This document shows positions 28,781-39,063 of a stretch of DNA of 64,000 nucleotides, in pieces. Both the position numbers and the translations under genes were made by a program. The number at the start of each line of letters is the position of its first letter. Position 1 is the stretch's first letter. This DNA is from Clostridia bacterium (lineage in GTDB: Bacteria; Bacillota; Clostridia; RGIG6154). Below the pieces are notes generated by a model. That model did not search any database. It was not told the origin of the DNA and worked only from the letters and a program-made list of their open reading frames with translations. The stretch covers positions 160,001-224,000 of the forward strand of contig JAZNOU010000012.1 of assembly GCA_045589295.1 (NCBI GenBank), in the 5' to 3' direction.

Positions 28781-28819
28781 ATTTATACATGTGGACAAAG
28801 TTTTAAGGAGGAAAAAAGC

Positions 28820-30121
28820 ATGGGAAAAAGTTTTGCAAAGCTTTTGGTTGCAGTACTCTTGATTGCAGTTATTATTTATCTTGCATTCTTTGATGTTACA
28901 ATCGGAAGTTTCAAAAAACCGGGCGTTTTCAGTGATGAAAGTGGTGTTGGCTCGGTTATTAAAGGTTTGGATTTAACAGGTGGTTCTGTTCTTACATTTG
29001 AGGCACAGGCAGACTCTGTTACAACAGAACAAATGTCAACTGTTATCAATATTATGAGAACACGTCTTGACAGCCTTGGTTATACAGAGGCTACAGTTAG
29101 AAGTCAGGGCGACAAGAAATTTGTTGTTGAAATGCCGGCTATTACAAATCCGGATCAGGCAGAAGCTCTCTTAGGAAGAACAGCGCAGCTTAGATTTGTT
29201 GATGCTGATGGAAATGAAGTTTTGAGCGGAACAGATGTTAAAAAAGCTGTAAAATCATATGGACAGCTTTCACAGACAGCTGCTGCTGAAAACTATGTTG
29301 AACTTCAGCTTAATGATGAGGCTATTGCAAAGTTTGCTGCAGCAACAAAAGCAGCGGCTAACGCACAGCCTGATGAAAACGGAAATGCTAAAAACTTTAT
29401 AGCTATTATGCTTGATGAGGAAGTAGTTTCTGCTCCTTCAGTTAGTGCTGAATATGCAGCAGAAGGTATTAATTCAGATACTGCTATTATTTCAGGTGGT
29501 TTCACTGCGCAAGGCGCAGAAGAGCTTGCAAGCATCATTAATGCAGGTCAGCTCCCGTTTGCCTTAAAGACAGTTTCTAAGTCATCTGTTGGTGCAACAC
29601 TTGGTGAAAGAGCTTTAGAATCAAGCCTTTTTGGTGCATTAATCGGTCTTATCATCATTTTGGCGTTTATGCTCATTATCTATAGAGCAATGGGATTAGC
29701 TGCTGATATTGCGCTTGCTTGCTACATCGGTATCTTAATGCTTATCATGGGACTTTTAAGAGTTAACTTAACACTTCCTGGTATTGCAGGTATCATTCTT
29801 TCGATCGGTATGGCAGTTGATGCTAATGTTATCATCTTTGAAAGAGTTAAAGAAGAATTAAAATCAGGCAAAACAACAAAGGCTGCGGTTGCAGCAGGTT
29901 TTAAAAGAGCGTTTGCCGCAATCGTTGACTCAAACATTACAACTCTTATCGCTGCAGTTGTACTTTATGTAGTTGGCGCGGGTCTTATCAAAGGTTTTGC
30001 TATCACATTGGGATTAGGTATTATTGTAAGTATGTTTACTGCAATTTTTGTAACTAAGTTCTTGCTTAAACAGGTTGTTGAGCTTTTTGGCAAGAATCCT
30101 AAGTTGTACTGCGGAAGATAA
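28820..30121 (+). CDS. secD: Protein translocase subunit SecD
   Basis: GLDLTGG, LTLPGIAGIILSIGMAVDANVIIFER, DSNITT. Confidence 0.96.
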   Translation: MGKSFAKLLVAVLLIAVIIYLAFFDVTIGSFKKPGVFSDESGVGSVIKGLDLTGGSVLTFEAQADSVTTEQMSTVINIMRTRLDSLGYTEATVRSQGDKKFVVEMPAITNPDQAEALLGRTAQLRFVDADGNEVLSGTDVKKAVKSYGQLSQTAAAENYVELQLNDEAIAKFAAATKAAANAQPDENGNAKNFIAIMLDEEVVSAPSVSAEYAAEGINSDTAIISGGFTAQGAEELASIINAGQLPFALKTVSKSSVGATLGERALESSLFGALIGLIIILAFMLIIYRAMGLAADIALACYIGILMLIMGLLRVNLTLPGIAGIILSIGMAVDANVIIFERVKEELKSGKTTKAAVAAGFKRAFAAIVDSNITTLIAAVVLYVVGAGLIKGFAITLGLGIIVSMFTAIFVTKFLLKQVVELFGKNPKLYCGR

Positions 30122-30134
30122 GGGGGGCTGAAAA

Positions 30135-31022
30135 ATGTTTAATATTGTAAAAAATAAAAAGATTTTCTATATCGTTTCAGCAGTTATTATCCTCGCAGGT
30201 ATTGTTTCAATGCTTACACAGGGCTTTAAAATGGACATTGATTTTGCTGGCGGTATTGAATGTACAGTAAATGTAGGCGCTGAAGTAGACAGTGCTAAAT
30301 TAAGTGAAATTGCAAGTATTGTAAAAGAAGCAACAGGTTCTAATGCAACTGTTATTAAAACAGGTGTAAATGGTACAGAAGCACTCATTAAAATTTCTGA
30401 TGAGCTTACAACAGAAAAAGAACTTTCTATGAAAGCTGCACTTAAAGAAAAGCTTGGCATCGAGGATAATGCAATTACAAACTTTGAGGTTGTTTCACCT
30501 ACAGTAGGAAAAGAAATGCAGACTTCTGCTTTGTTGGCGGTTATTATCGCAGTAGCTTTGATGCTTGTTTACATTTCTGTAAGATTTGAATTTTTGTCAG
30601 GTTGTGCTGCAGTATGTGCACTTATCCATGACGTTTTGATTATGCTTTCATTCTACTCAATTTTTGGAATTGCAATCAATACAACATTTATTGCTGCAAT
30701 TCTTACAATTTTGGGTTACTCAATCAACGCAACTATCGTTCTTTTCGACAGAGTAAGAGAAAATCAGAAACTTACAAGAAAAGAAACATTTTCAAACATC
30801 GTAAATACAAGTGTGTGGCAGACAATGTTTCGTTCATTAAATACTTCAATCACAACACTTGCAACAATTATTGTATTGTTCTTTGTTGGTGTTGATTCAA
30901 TCAAAGAATTTGCACTTCCTATTACAGTTGGCGTTGTTGCAGGCTTTTACTCATCAGTATTCCTTTCAGGTAACATCTGGGTTGAGTTTAAAAAACTTGC
31001 TAAGCACAAAAATGTTGCATAA
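30135..31022 (+). CDS. secF: Protein translocase subunit SecF
   Basis: IDFAGG, ALIHDV, GYSINATIVLFDRVREN, RSLNTSITT. Confidence 0.96.
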   Translation: MFNIVKNKKIFYIVSAVIILAGIVSMLTQGFKMDIDFAGGIECTVNVGAEVDSAKLSEIASIVKEATGSNATVIKTGVNGTEALIKISDELTTEKELSMKAALKEKLGIEDNAITNFEVVSPTVGKEMQTSALLAVIIAVALMLVYISVRFEFLSGCAAVCALIHDVLIMLSFYSIFGIAINTTFIAAILTILGYSINATIVLFDRVRENQKLTRKETFSNIVNTSVWQTMFRSLNTSITTLATIIVLFFVGVDSIKEFALPITVGVVAGFYSSVFLSGNIWVEFKKLAKHKNVA

Positions 31023-31040
31023 AATATTAGTTTAAATTAT

Positions 31041-31075
31041 AGCTTCCCGACTTAAATAGTCGGGAAGCTTTGTTA
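31041..31075 (+). terminator. Intrinsic terminator after secF
   Basis: AGCTTCCCGACT-taaat-AGTCGGGAAGCT followed by TTGTT. Confidence 0.85.
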
Positions 31076-31132
31076 TATATTTTTTGTTTTTGCACGGTTT
31101 GGGTCAATAATGTATAAATATTCATAAATCAG

Positions 31133-31161
31133 TTTACTTTTTTGAATAATTGTGGTATACT
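31133..31161 (+). promoter_or_regulatory. sigmaA promoter of ole-oapA-dxs
   Basis: TTTACT-N17-TATACT with extended TG, ~15 nt before the OLE P1 stem. Confidence 0.7.
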
Positions 31162-31175
31162 ATTGTTGTAAAATT

Positions 31176-31778
31176 GGGTGGTGCAGTATTCTAGTCAGAT
31201 TTTTTCATTCCCAGGACGGGCCTAAAAATCCGTTGAAGGGCACATCGATGAAGTTTCTGGTGCGGGCTTTCGACGCCCAGTCGAGGGTTTGTGCTGGGAG
31301 TTAAGGATTAAGGGCGGTCGGCAATGGCATGCAGAATTCGACCCTTCTTCCGTGGAGACCTATACTTGTGCCGTATTGGCCGACTAGTCTGTGAAGACTC
31401 GGCTGAAAAGGTACGACTTAGGATTAAACCTGCGTTGCGGTCTTTTTTGGCTGTGCGCAGAGTAGCCTGCCTTGAGCGGTTGTGGTGGATTGCAAGATCA
31501 GGTTTTGTCTGGTTGGCCGACCGGACAAAACTATTGCTTCATGAAACCACATTTGCAAAAGAGGCTAAGATTGATTAAATCTGTCGAGGAAATCTCCTAG
31601 ACTGTTGGAAACAGATACGCAAAGGATTGAAGTGCGGACTAAGTGGCAATCGGGTACAAAGTTGAGCGATCGCTTTGGTCTTCTTTTAAAGGGAAACCGC
31701 TTACATCGGCGACGAGTGAGCAAGAAGGCGGGAAAGCCAACCCGACCTAAGCCGTAAATTTTACTTTGTGTATTACCC
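31176..31778 (+). ncRNA. ole: OLE RNA (ornate large extremophilic RNA), ~600 nt
   Basis: Hallmark segments GTGCAGTATTCTAGTCAG, GGGCCTAAAAATCC, GGGCACATCGATGAAGTT, GTGCTGGGAGTTAA, GTAGCCTGCCTTGAG, TGCAAAAGAGGCTAAG, AGTGCGGACT, TAAAGGGAAACCGC, GGGAAAGCC, GCCGTAA; 5' GGGTGGTGCA pairs with 3' TGTATTACCC; followed by oapA-dxs-tlyA. Confidence 0.95.
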
Positions 31779-31811
31779 CTTAAATTTACATTTATTTGGG
31801 AGAAATGATAA

Positions 31812-32381
31812 TTGAAAAAGAAAATTAGATTTAAACCGGGAAAGAAACAAATAAGCATAAAATATATTTTTGTGATTTCTTTAATAACTCTTGCTATTGC
31901 CGTTTTAATGAAAGCAATAAGCGATGCTATTTTGGAAAATATTGTATTAACATACAGCTATTTTATTCTGCTGGGAATAATTTTAATTGGTATTATATTT
32001 GACATAGTAGGCGTTGCGGTTACTTCAAGTGACGATACAAAATTTCACGCTATGGCGGCAGACAAAGTGTATGGAGCAAAAGAAAGCATTATGCTTATAA
32101 AAAATGCGGAAAAAGTTTCCAGTATCTGCAATGACGTAATAGGTGATGTGTGTGGTATTGTAAGTGGAGCAGTGTCCTCTTGGGTTGTAGTGCAACTTGC
32201 AATGGGGGCACTAAAAGGCGAAGAAATTCTCGCTCTGGTTATGACAGGCGTTGTTTCGGCATTAACTGTAGGTGGCAAAGCTCTTGGTAAGTTTTTTGCA
32301 CTTAATTACAATTGCAGTATTGTGTATATTGCGGGGAAAATAATACGATTTTTTAAGTTTTCCAAGAACTATAGGAGGTAG
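31812..32381 (+). CDS. oapA: OLE-associated protein A (DUF21/CNNM-like TM protein)
   Basis: IGIIFDIVGVAVT, FHAMAA, ICNDVIGDVCGIVSG, LTVGGKALGK; immediately 3' of OLE. Confidence 0.92.
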   Translation: MKKKIRFKPGKKQISIKYIFVISLITLAIAVLMKAISDAILENIVLTYSYFILLGIILIGIIFDIVGVAVTSSDDTKFHAMAADKVYGAKESIMLIKNAEKVSSICNDVIGDVCGIVSGAVSSWVVVQLAMGALKGEEILALVMTGVVSALTVGGKALGKFFALNYNCSIVYIAGKIIRFFKFSKNYRR

Positions 32382-32384
32382 ACC

Positions 32385-34199
32385 GTGGGCATTATTGATA
32401 ACATTAATTCGCCAAAAGACGTTAAAAAACTTAATAATGCCGAGCTTAAGAGGTTAGCTGGTGAGATAAGAGAAAGCTTGCTTAAGTCAGTGTCAAAAAC
32501 AGGGGGACATTTGGCTTCAAATTTAGGAATAGTTGAAGTTACTCTTGCGCTTTTTAAGGTGTTTAATTTGCCTGAAGATAAGATTGTATATGACGTTGGA
32601 CATCAGTGCTATGTACATAAAATTTTGACCGGCAGAAAAGACCGTATGGACAGTTTAAGAACGCATGGCGGTTTGGCGGGATTTCCCAAAATTCAGGAAA
32701 GCGAGTATGACTTTTTTAACACAGGACATTCAGGAAATTCGGTTTCTGTCGCAATGGCACTTGCCGAGGCAAACAGATTGAATGAAAAAGATGCATTTGC
32801 AATTGCAGTAATTGGTGACGGCTCGTTATCAAATGGACTTGCTTTTGAGGGGCTTAATAACGCAGGCAGAAAAAAATCAAATCTCGTTGTTGTTTTAAAT
32901 GACAACGAAATGAGCATATCACAAAATGTTGGCAGTCTTAGCAATTACTTGAGTATGCTCAGAACTAAACCTGAGTATTCAGGTTTTAAGAAGAAAGTTG
33001 AACGAGGACTTGGACATATAAAGGGAATTGGTGAGGGTATTGCCAAGGCGCTTTCTGTTACCAAAGACAGTCTAAAGCACCTTTTAATTCCAGACACAGT
33101 GTTTGAAGCACTGGGTTTTACCTATGTTGGTCCTATAGATGGACATGATATTGAGCTTTTAACAACAGTGTTTGAGCAGATTAAGACTATTGACAAGCCT
33201 GTTTTAGTTCACGTTATTACCAAAAAAGGTAAGGGGTATTCTTTTGCAGAAAACAATCCTGCAGCGTACCACGGAATTGGCCCGTTTGACATAAAAAAAC
33301 CATTGTTTTTACAGCAAAAAAAAGAGTCTTATGCATTTGCACTTGATGAAATTTTATGCAAAGAGGCGGAAGTAAATAAAGATGTAATAGGAATTTGCGC
33401 GGCAATGGAACATGCTGTTGGAATGAACAAATTCCACAAAAAATTCCCTGACAGATTTTATGATGCAGGAATATGCGAAGGACATGCTGTGACTTTTGCA
33501 GCGGGGCTTGCTGCAGCAGGTAAAATTCCTGTGGTTGCAATTTATTCAACCTTTATGCAAAGGGCGTACGATAATATAATAAGCGATGTTGCGCTGACTA
33601 ATCAGCACGTTGTATTTTGTATGGACAGGGCAGGAATAACAGGTCAGGACGGGGAAACTCATCATGGTGTTTTTGATGTTTCTTTTATGCTTCACATACC
33701 GAATATGACGGTCTTGACACCTAGAAATTCAAATGTGTTCAGACTTGCTCTTAAGGCGGCGATTAACGATATAAATGGACCTGTTGCAATAAGATATCCT
33801 AAATCGGAATCAAACGATATGTCATCTCCGGATGATATTTTCAAGGCGGAATTTTTGCGCGAGGGTAAAAATGTTACCGTTATTACAATGTCGCAGATGA
33901 CTGAAGTGGTTATGGCTCTGGATTTTGATGGTGACCATATAAATTTAAACAGTATAAAACCTATTGACAAGGATGCTATTATCAAATCTGCAATAAAAAC
34001 CAAAAGAGTTGTAACTGTTGAGGACAATATTGTAAAAGGCGGAATGGGTGAAACGATTTCAGATATTTTAAAAGAACTTGACGTGAAAGTTGTTAATCTA
34101 GGCATAAAAGACAGTTTTGTCAAGCATGGTAAAACAAGTGAGCTGTTAGATGAAATTGGACTTGGCGGTAAGGATATTCAAAAGGTGATTTTAGAATGA
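32385..34199 (+). CDS. dxs: 1-deoxy-D-xylulose-5-phosphate synthase
   Basis: GGHLASNLG, DVGHQCYVHK, GDGS...NDNEMSI, YSTFMQRAYD, DGETHHG. Confidence 0.97.
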   Translation: MGIIDNINSPKDVKKLNNAELKRLAGEIRESLLKSVSKTGGHLASNLGIVEVTLALFKVFNLPEDKIVYDVGHQCYVHKILTGRKDRMDSLRTHGGLAGFPKIQESEYDFFNTGHSGNSVSVAMALAEANRLNEKDAFAIAVIGDGSLSNGLAFEGLNNAGRKKSNLVVVLNDNEMSISQNVGSLSNYLSMLRTKPEYSGFKKKVERGLGHIKGIGEGIAKALSVTKDSLKHLLIPDTVFEALGFTYVGPIDGHDIELLTTVFEQIKTIDKPVLVHVITKKGKGYSFAENNPAAYHGIGPFDIKKPLFLQQKKESYAFALDEILCKEAEVNKDVIGICAAMEHAVGMNKFHKKFPDRFYDAGICEGHAVTFAAGLAAAGKIPVVAIYSTFMQRAYDNIISDVALTNQHVVFCMDRAGITGQDGETHHGVFDVSFMLHIPNMTVLTPRNSNVFRLALKAAINDINGPVAIRYPKSESNDMSSPDDIFKAEFLREGKNVTVITMSQMTEVVMALDFDGDHINLNSIKPIDKDAIIKSAIKTKRVVTVEDNIVKGGMGETISDILKELDVKVVNLGIKDSFVKHGKTSELLDEIGLGGKDIQKVILE

Positions 34200-34993
34200 A
34201 GACAAGGCTTGATGTATATCTTTTTGAAAATAATCTGGCAGAAAGCAGAGAAAAAGCAAAAAGCATTATTATGAGTGGAAATGTGTATGTCAACAATCAA
34301 AAAGCCGACAAGGCGGGGTTTGTAGTAAATGATGGTGATAGTGTTGAAGTAAGAGGCAAGCAAAATCCTTATGTAAGCCGAGGCGGATTAAAGCTTGACA
34401 AGGCAATGAAGGTATTTGACATAACACTTAAGGATAAGGTTTGTATGGACATCGGTGCTTCAACCGGCGGATTTACAGACTGTATGCTTCAAAACGGGGC
34501 AAAAAAAGTTTTTTCTGTTGATGTTGGCTATGGTCAACTTGCATGGAAGTTAAGATGCGACGAAAGAGTCGTTAATATGGAAAGAACCAACATAAGAAAC
34601 GTAACAAAGGAGCAAATTGCACAAGATATTGATTTTGCATCTGTTGATGTTTCGTTTATTTCACTAAAACACGTTTTGCCTGTTGCAAAACAGCTTTTAG
34701 CAGAAGGAGGCGAAATGGTTTGTCTTATAAAACCGCAATTTGAAGCGGGAAGAGAAAAGGTTGGTAAAAAGGGCGTTGTAAGGGATATTAATGTTCACTA
34801 CGAGGTAGTTTATAACATAATTGAGCTTGCAAAAAGCGAGGGCTTTTATCCCAGTGCACTTGACTATTCACCAATCAAAGGACCAGAAGGGAATATTGAA
34901 TATATAATTCACTTAAAAACAATTGAAACAGAAAGTGAAATTGATGTTAAAAAAGTGGTGGATTTAAGCCACGAAAATTTATCAGCACTTTAA
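34196..34993 (+). CDS. tlyA: TlyA family rRNA methyltransferase
   Basis: S4 domain RLDV, YVSRGGLKL, DIGASTGGFTD, LIKPQFE, GNIEY. Confidence 0.96.
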   Translation: MKTRLDVYLFENNLAESREKAKSIIMSGNVYVNNQKADKAGFVVNDGDSVEVRGKQNPYVSRGGLKLDKAMKVFDITLKDKVCMDIGASTGGFTDCMLQNGAKKVFSVDVGYGQLAWKLRCDERVVNMERTNIRNVTKEQIAQDIDFASVDVSFISLKHVLPVAKQLLAEGGEMVCLIKPQFEAGREKVGKKGVVRDINVHYEVVYNIIELAKSEGFYPSALDYSPIKGPEGNIEYIIHLKTIETESEIDVKKVVDLSHENLSAL

Positions 34994-35000
34994 GAGGTGT

Positions 35001-35849
35001 ATGTTTATGAAAAAAATTGCACTTATAACAAATTTAACAAGGGACAAAGATTTAGAGCACACAAGAAATGTTGCAAAGAGTCTTTGTGAGTTTGGTGCGC
35101 AAATTTTTTCAAATATAAAGGAAATAGAAAACACTACTTATGCAGAAATTGAAGATGCCTTTAAAAATGCAGATATGGCGGTTGTTTTAGGCGGCGACGG
35201 AACACTTATAAGAGCGTCTAAGTATGCTATAAAATATGATGTTCCCATTTTGGGATACAATATAGGAAATCTCGGATTTTTAGTTGAACTTGAAAAAGGC
35301 GAGAAAGATGAACTTTCAAAGATTTTTACCGACGAGTATGAAATTGAAAACAGAATTATGCTGCATGTAAGTGTTTCAAGAAACGGTGAAGAGATTTTCA
35401 AATCAACTGCATTAAATGATGTTGCAGTTTCGCGCGGTGTTATCTCAAAAATGACACATCTTAAACTTAGTGTTGATAACAAATACGTAAGTGACTATTA
35501 TGCAGACGGCATAGTGATTGCAACACCTACAGGTTCGACCGCATATTCGTTGTCGGCGGGAGGACCGGTTGTAGCACCAAACCTTGATGTTATGATTATA
35601 ACACCCATTTGTGCACACACCGTAACTTCAAGACCAATGGTTATTTCAGATAAAAGCACAGTGGATATAAGCGTTGATATTTACCACAGTGAAGATGTTG
35701 TGGTTATGTGCGACGGGGAGCGCGGCATTGAGCTTAAAAGCGGTGATGTTGTTACAGTTACAAAAGAAGAAAGATGCGCAAAGCTTATAAGGTTTGGAAA
35801 GAGAAGCTTTTTTGATGTGCTTCATCAAAAACTTTCGGAGAGAAAATAA
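35001..35849 (+). CDS. nadK: NAD(+) kinase
   Basis: LGGDGT, ALND, DGIVIATPTGSTAYSLSAGGP. Confidence 0.96.
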   Translation: MFMKKIALITNLTRDKDLEHTRNVAKSLCEFGAQIFSNIKEIENTTYAEIEDAFKNADMAVVLGGDGTLIRASKYAIKYDVPILGYNIGNLGFLVELEKGEKDELSKIFTDEYEIENRIMLHVSVSRNGEEIFKSTALNDVAVSRGVISKMTHLKLSVDNKYVSDYYADGIVIATPTGSTAYSLSAGGPVVAPNLDVMIITPICAHTVTSRPMVISDKSTVDISVDIYHSEDVVVMCDGERGIELKSGDVVTVTKEERCAKLIRFGKRSFFDVLHQKLSERK

Positions 35850-35865
35850 TTTTGGAGGAATAAAA

Positions 35866-36321
35866 ATGTCCAAAAAGAGAAGACATGACGAAATTTTGAG
35901 ACTTATCAGTGAAAATGTAATAGAAACACAAGGTCAGCTTACTCAGCTTTTGTTGGATGAGGGTTTTGATGTTACGCAGGCCACAGTTTCAAGAGATATA
36001 AAAGAATTAAGGCTTGTTAAGGTTTCTGACTACGACGATAACTACAGATATGCAATGTCAAGAAATGAAAACCATGCTTCAATTATGTCAAGAAACGTTC
36101 AGCTTTTAAAGCATGTTATTTTAAGCGTTGAAAGTGCGAAAAATATTGTTGTTATTAAAACTCTGGCAGGTTCAGCACAGGGGTGTGCAAGTGCTTTAGA
36201 GTCAATGAATTTTGAAAAAATAGTTGGAGTTATTGCAGGGGATGATACCATTTTTGCAGTAGTTCCTGATGATTCGGATGCTAACAGACTCATTCGAAAA
36301 ATAGAAGAGGTATTAAAGTAA
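35866..36321 (+). CDS. argR: Arginine repressor
   Basis: TQATVSRDIKEL, GVIAGDDTIF; ATG 35866 follows GGAGG. Confidence 0.95.
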   Translation: MSKKRRHDEILRLISENVIETQGQLTQLLLDEGFDVTQATVSRDIKELRLVKVSDYDDNYRYAMSRNENHASIMSRNVQLLKHVILSVESAKNIVVIKTLAGSAQGCASALESMNFEKIVGVIAGDDTIFAVVPDDSDANRLIRKIEEVLK

Positions 36322-37994
36322 TGCTCAGCCATTTACACATTGAAAACATAGCCATTATGGATAACGTAGACATAGAGCTTGAAAACGGCTTTCTTGCACT
36401 TACAGGTCAGACTGGTGCGGGAAAGTCTATTATCATTGACTCTATTAATCTCTTAACAGGCGAAAGAAGTTCACGTGAGCTTGTTAAAAGTGGTAAAGAC
36501 AAGGCTTTTGTTGAAGGTGTGGTTTATACTGAAAATAAAGAGGCACTTGAAATTTTATCGCAAAACGGAATTGACGCTTTCGAGGGTGAGCCGCTTGTAT
36601 TAAGCAGAGAAATTACCAAAGACGGCAGAAGCACAGTAAGAATTAACGGGAGAATTTCAACTACCCACGTATTAAAAGATGTTTGCTCTAAAATTATCAA
36701 TATTCATGGTCAAAACGATAATCAAAGCATTTTAGACACTAAATTCCACGGCCTTTTTTTAGACAGTTTTGCTTCTCTTTCAGATGAAATTGAAGAATAT
36801 CAAAGCATTTTTGACGAGTTTGTAAAAACGCAAAATCTTTTAAAGCAAACAGACCAGGATGAAGAACAAAAAGAGCAAAGGAAAGAATTTTTAGAGTTTC
36901 AGATAAATGAAATCGAGCAGGCAAATCTTACTCTAGGAGAAGATGAAGAACTTTTAACCCAAAGACAAAGATTTTTGAACAATGAAAAGTTTGAAGAAAG
37001 CGTTAACAAAAGCTATTATGCCTTGGCGGGCTCGGAAGATTTTGATGGTGCGTGCTCTTTAGTGAAATCTGCACAGAAAGGTTTAGATGACCTTGCAAAG
37101 TTTGAACCCAGAGCAGAAAAAATTTCAGAGAAAATAAAAGACATTTTAAGTGAGCTTGAAGATATAAAGGAAACAGTTTACGACCTTAAAAATGATGATG
37201 ACTTTGCAGAAATAGATATTAACTTTGTTGAGTCAAGAATAGATGTAATTAACCGCCTTAAAAGGAAATATGGGGGAGAAATTGAAGACATTTTAAGCAA
37301 AAAAGAAGAACTTACAGATGAACTTTCAGCTATTGAAAACAGTACAGAAAATAAAAAGGCTCTTAAAGAAAAAGCAGAAAAGTTAGAGCTTGAGCTTACA
37401 AAGAAAGCAGTAAAAATTGAAGCGGCAAGAAAACTTTCAGCAGAAAAACTTAAAAAAGAGGTAGCAAATCAGCTAAAAGACCTTGAGATGGAAAAGGTTG
37501 AGTTTGACACCAAGATTTCAAGATGCGAATTTTCAAGACGCGGCTTTAACGATATTCAGTTTTTAATTTCAACAAACCCAGGTGAGCCTTTAAAACCGCT
37601 TAACAAAATCGCATCAGGCGGTGAACTTTCAAGAATTATTTTAGCATTAAAAGTTGTGCTTTCAGGAAAAGACAGCGTTTCAACTATGATTTTTGACGAG
37701 GTTGACGTAGGTGTCGGTGGAAGCGCGGCGCAGAAAATTGCAGAAAAGCTTAGAAGCATTTCAAAGGACAAGCAGGTTATTGTTATAACTCACTTGGCGC
37801 AAATTGCAAGTTTTGCAGATAACCACTACCTTATTTCCAAAAAGGTTGAAAACGGAAATACTTATTCTGAAATAAATCTTTTGTCAGATACACAAAGAAT
37901 AGATGAAATTGCTAGAATTATGAGTGGCAGCGTTATTACAGAAAGCACAAGGGGTGCTGCTGAAGAAATGATTAATATGGCAAAACAATTTTAA
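36321..37994 (+). CDS. recN: DNA repair protein RecN
   Basis: TGQTGAGKS, ASGGELSR, IFDEVDVG, ITHLAQIA. Confidence 0.97.
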   Translation: MLSHLHIENIAIMDNVDIELENGFLALTGQTGAGKSIIIDSINLLTGERSSRELVKSGKDKAFVEGVVYTENKEALEILSQNGIDAFEGEPLVLSREITKDGRSTVRINGRISTTHVLKDVCSKIINIHGQNDNQSILDTKFHGLFLDSFASLSDEIEEYQSIFDEFVKTQNLLKQTDQDEEQKEQRKEFLEFQINEIEQANLTLGEDEELLTQRQRFLNNEKFEESVNKSYYALAGSEDFDGACSLVKSAQKGLDDLAKFEPRAEKISEKIKDILSELEDIKETVYDLKNDDDFAEIDINFVESRIDVINRLKRKYGGEIEDILSKKEELTDELSAIENSTENKKALKEKAEKLELELTKKAVKIEAARKLSAEKLKKEVANQLKDLEMEKVEFDTKISRCEFSRRGFNDIQFLISTNPGEPLKPLNKIASGGELSRIILALKVVLSGKDSVSTMIFDEVDVGVGGSAAQKIAEKLRSISKDKQVIVITHLAQIASFADNHYLISKKVENGNTYSEINLLSDTQRIDEIARIMSGSVITESTRGAAEEMINMAKQF

Positions 37995-38003
37995 AGGTGA
38001 ATT

Positions 38004-38411
38004 ATGGAACAGGCATTTGGCAGGATTGAAAGTATAAAAGGCGATTTAGCAGTTGTTTTAATACAAAGGGGAAGTATGTGCGGTGAAAATTGTTCATCTT
38101 GCGGTATGTGCGGCGGAGCAAAAACAAAAATCACGGCAAAAAATACAATTGGTGCAAATGTTGGCGACAGTGTTGTTTTAAGCGTGCCTACTTCAAAGGG
38201 CTTGAAGGCAACATTGCTTGTTTACGGAGTTCCTGTTTGTATTTTGATATTGTCTGCTATATTGTTTCAAAATGTAGGTTTTTCGGAAAGCATTTCTGTG
38301 CTTTTTGGGTTTTTATTAATGGTAGTATGGTTTTTAGCTATATTTTTTTTAGAAAAAACAGGTAAATTTGAAAAAGATATATTGGCAAGTATAGTTAAAA
38401 AGAGGGGCTAA
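38004..38411 (+). CDS. RseC/MucC (SoxR-reducing system) family protein
   Basis: CGENCSSCGMC Cys cluster, A.VGD.V, two C-terminal TM helices. Confidence 0.75.
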   Translation: MEQAFGRIESIKGDLAVVLIQRGSMCGENCSSCGMCGGAKTKITAKNTIGANVGDSVVLSVPTSKGLKATLLVYGVPVCILILSAILFQNVGFSESISVLFGFLLMVVWFLAIFFLEKTGKFEKDILASIVKKRG

Positions 38412-38476
38412 GGTCTCTCTTTTTTAATAAAACCACTTTTTTGTGTATATAATTACTACAGAAAGGTGGTAATTTT

Positions 38477-39010
38477 ATGACTAAAATTTTAAAGAAGTGG
38501 GAAATAGCAGGTTTTTTCTTTGTTGTCGCACTTGGTACACTTGGACATTTTTTGTATGATTTAACAGGGCAAAATGAGATTATCGGAAAATTTTTTGCGA
38601 CCAATGAAAGTACATGGGAGCATTTAAAACTTTTGTTTTTTCCATGTGTTGTTTTTATGATTATAGAGTGGTTTTTTATCGGGAAAAACTACAAGGGATT
38701 TGTTTTTTCAAAGCTTGTAGGAGTGCTTTCGGGGCTTGTTTTGATTGTGGTGCTTTTTTACACATACACAGGTGTTTTGGGACAAAACGTTGACTTTTTA
38801 AACATTGCTATTTTTGTTATCGCTGCGGCATTTTCGTTTTATATAAGCTACAGACTTTTATCAGGCGGTATAAGAGTAACGCTTACATTGCCGTCTTTGA
38901 TTGCATTTATAGTAATTGCTGTGCTTTTTGTAACCTTTACAACCAATCCTCCAATGATTAATCTTTTTAAAGACCCTGTAACAGGAAGCTACGGAACTCA
39001 AAAACAATAG
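38477..39010 (+). CDS. Conserved membrane protein (DUF6512-like)
   Basis: GTLGHFLYD, NESTWEHLKLLFFP, LFYTYTG, LFKDP. Confidence 0.65.
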   Translation: MTKILKKWEIAGFFFVVALGTLGHFLYDLTGQNEIIGKFFATNESTWEHLKLLFFPCVVFMIIEWFFIGKNYKGFVFSKLVGVLSGLVLIVVLFYTYTGVLGQNVDFLNIAIFVIAAAFSFYISYRLLSGGIRVTLTLPSLIAFIVIAVLFVTFTTNPPMINLFKDPVTGSYGTQKQ

Positions 39011-39063
39011 ACAAAGTACCTGCTTTGTGATACAATAGAGAAAAAGTGTTTCAGGAGTACGTT

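Noticed and set aside
31324-31858. ORFs 31324-31578 (+) and 31565-31858 (-)
   Set aside because: They overlap the OLE RNA, have no RBS and no protein-like features; they are shadows of a structured RNA
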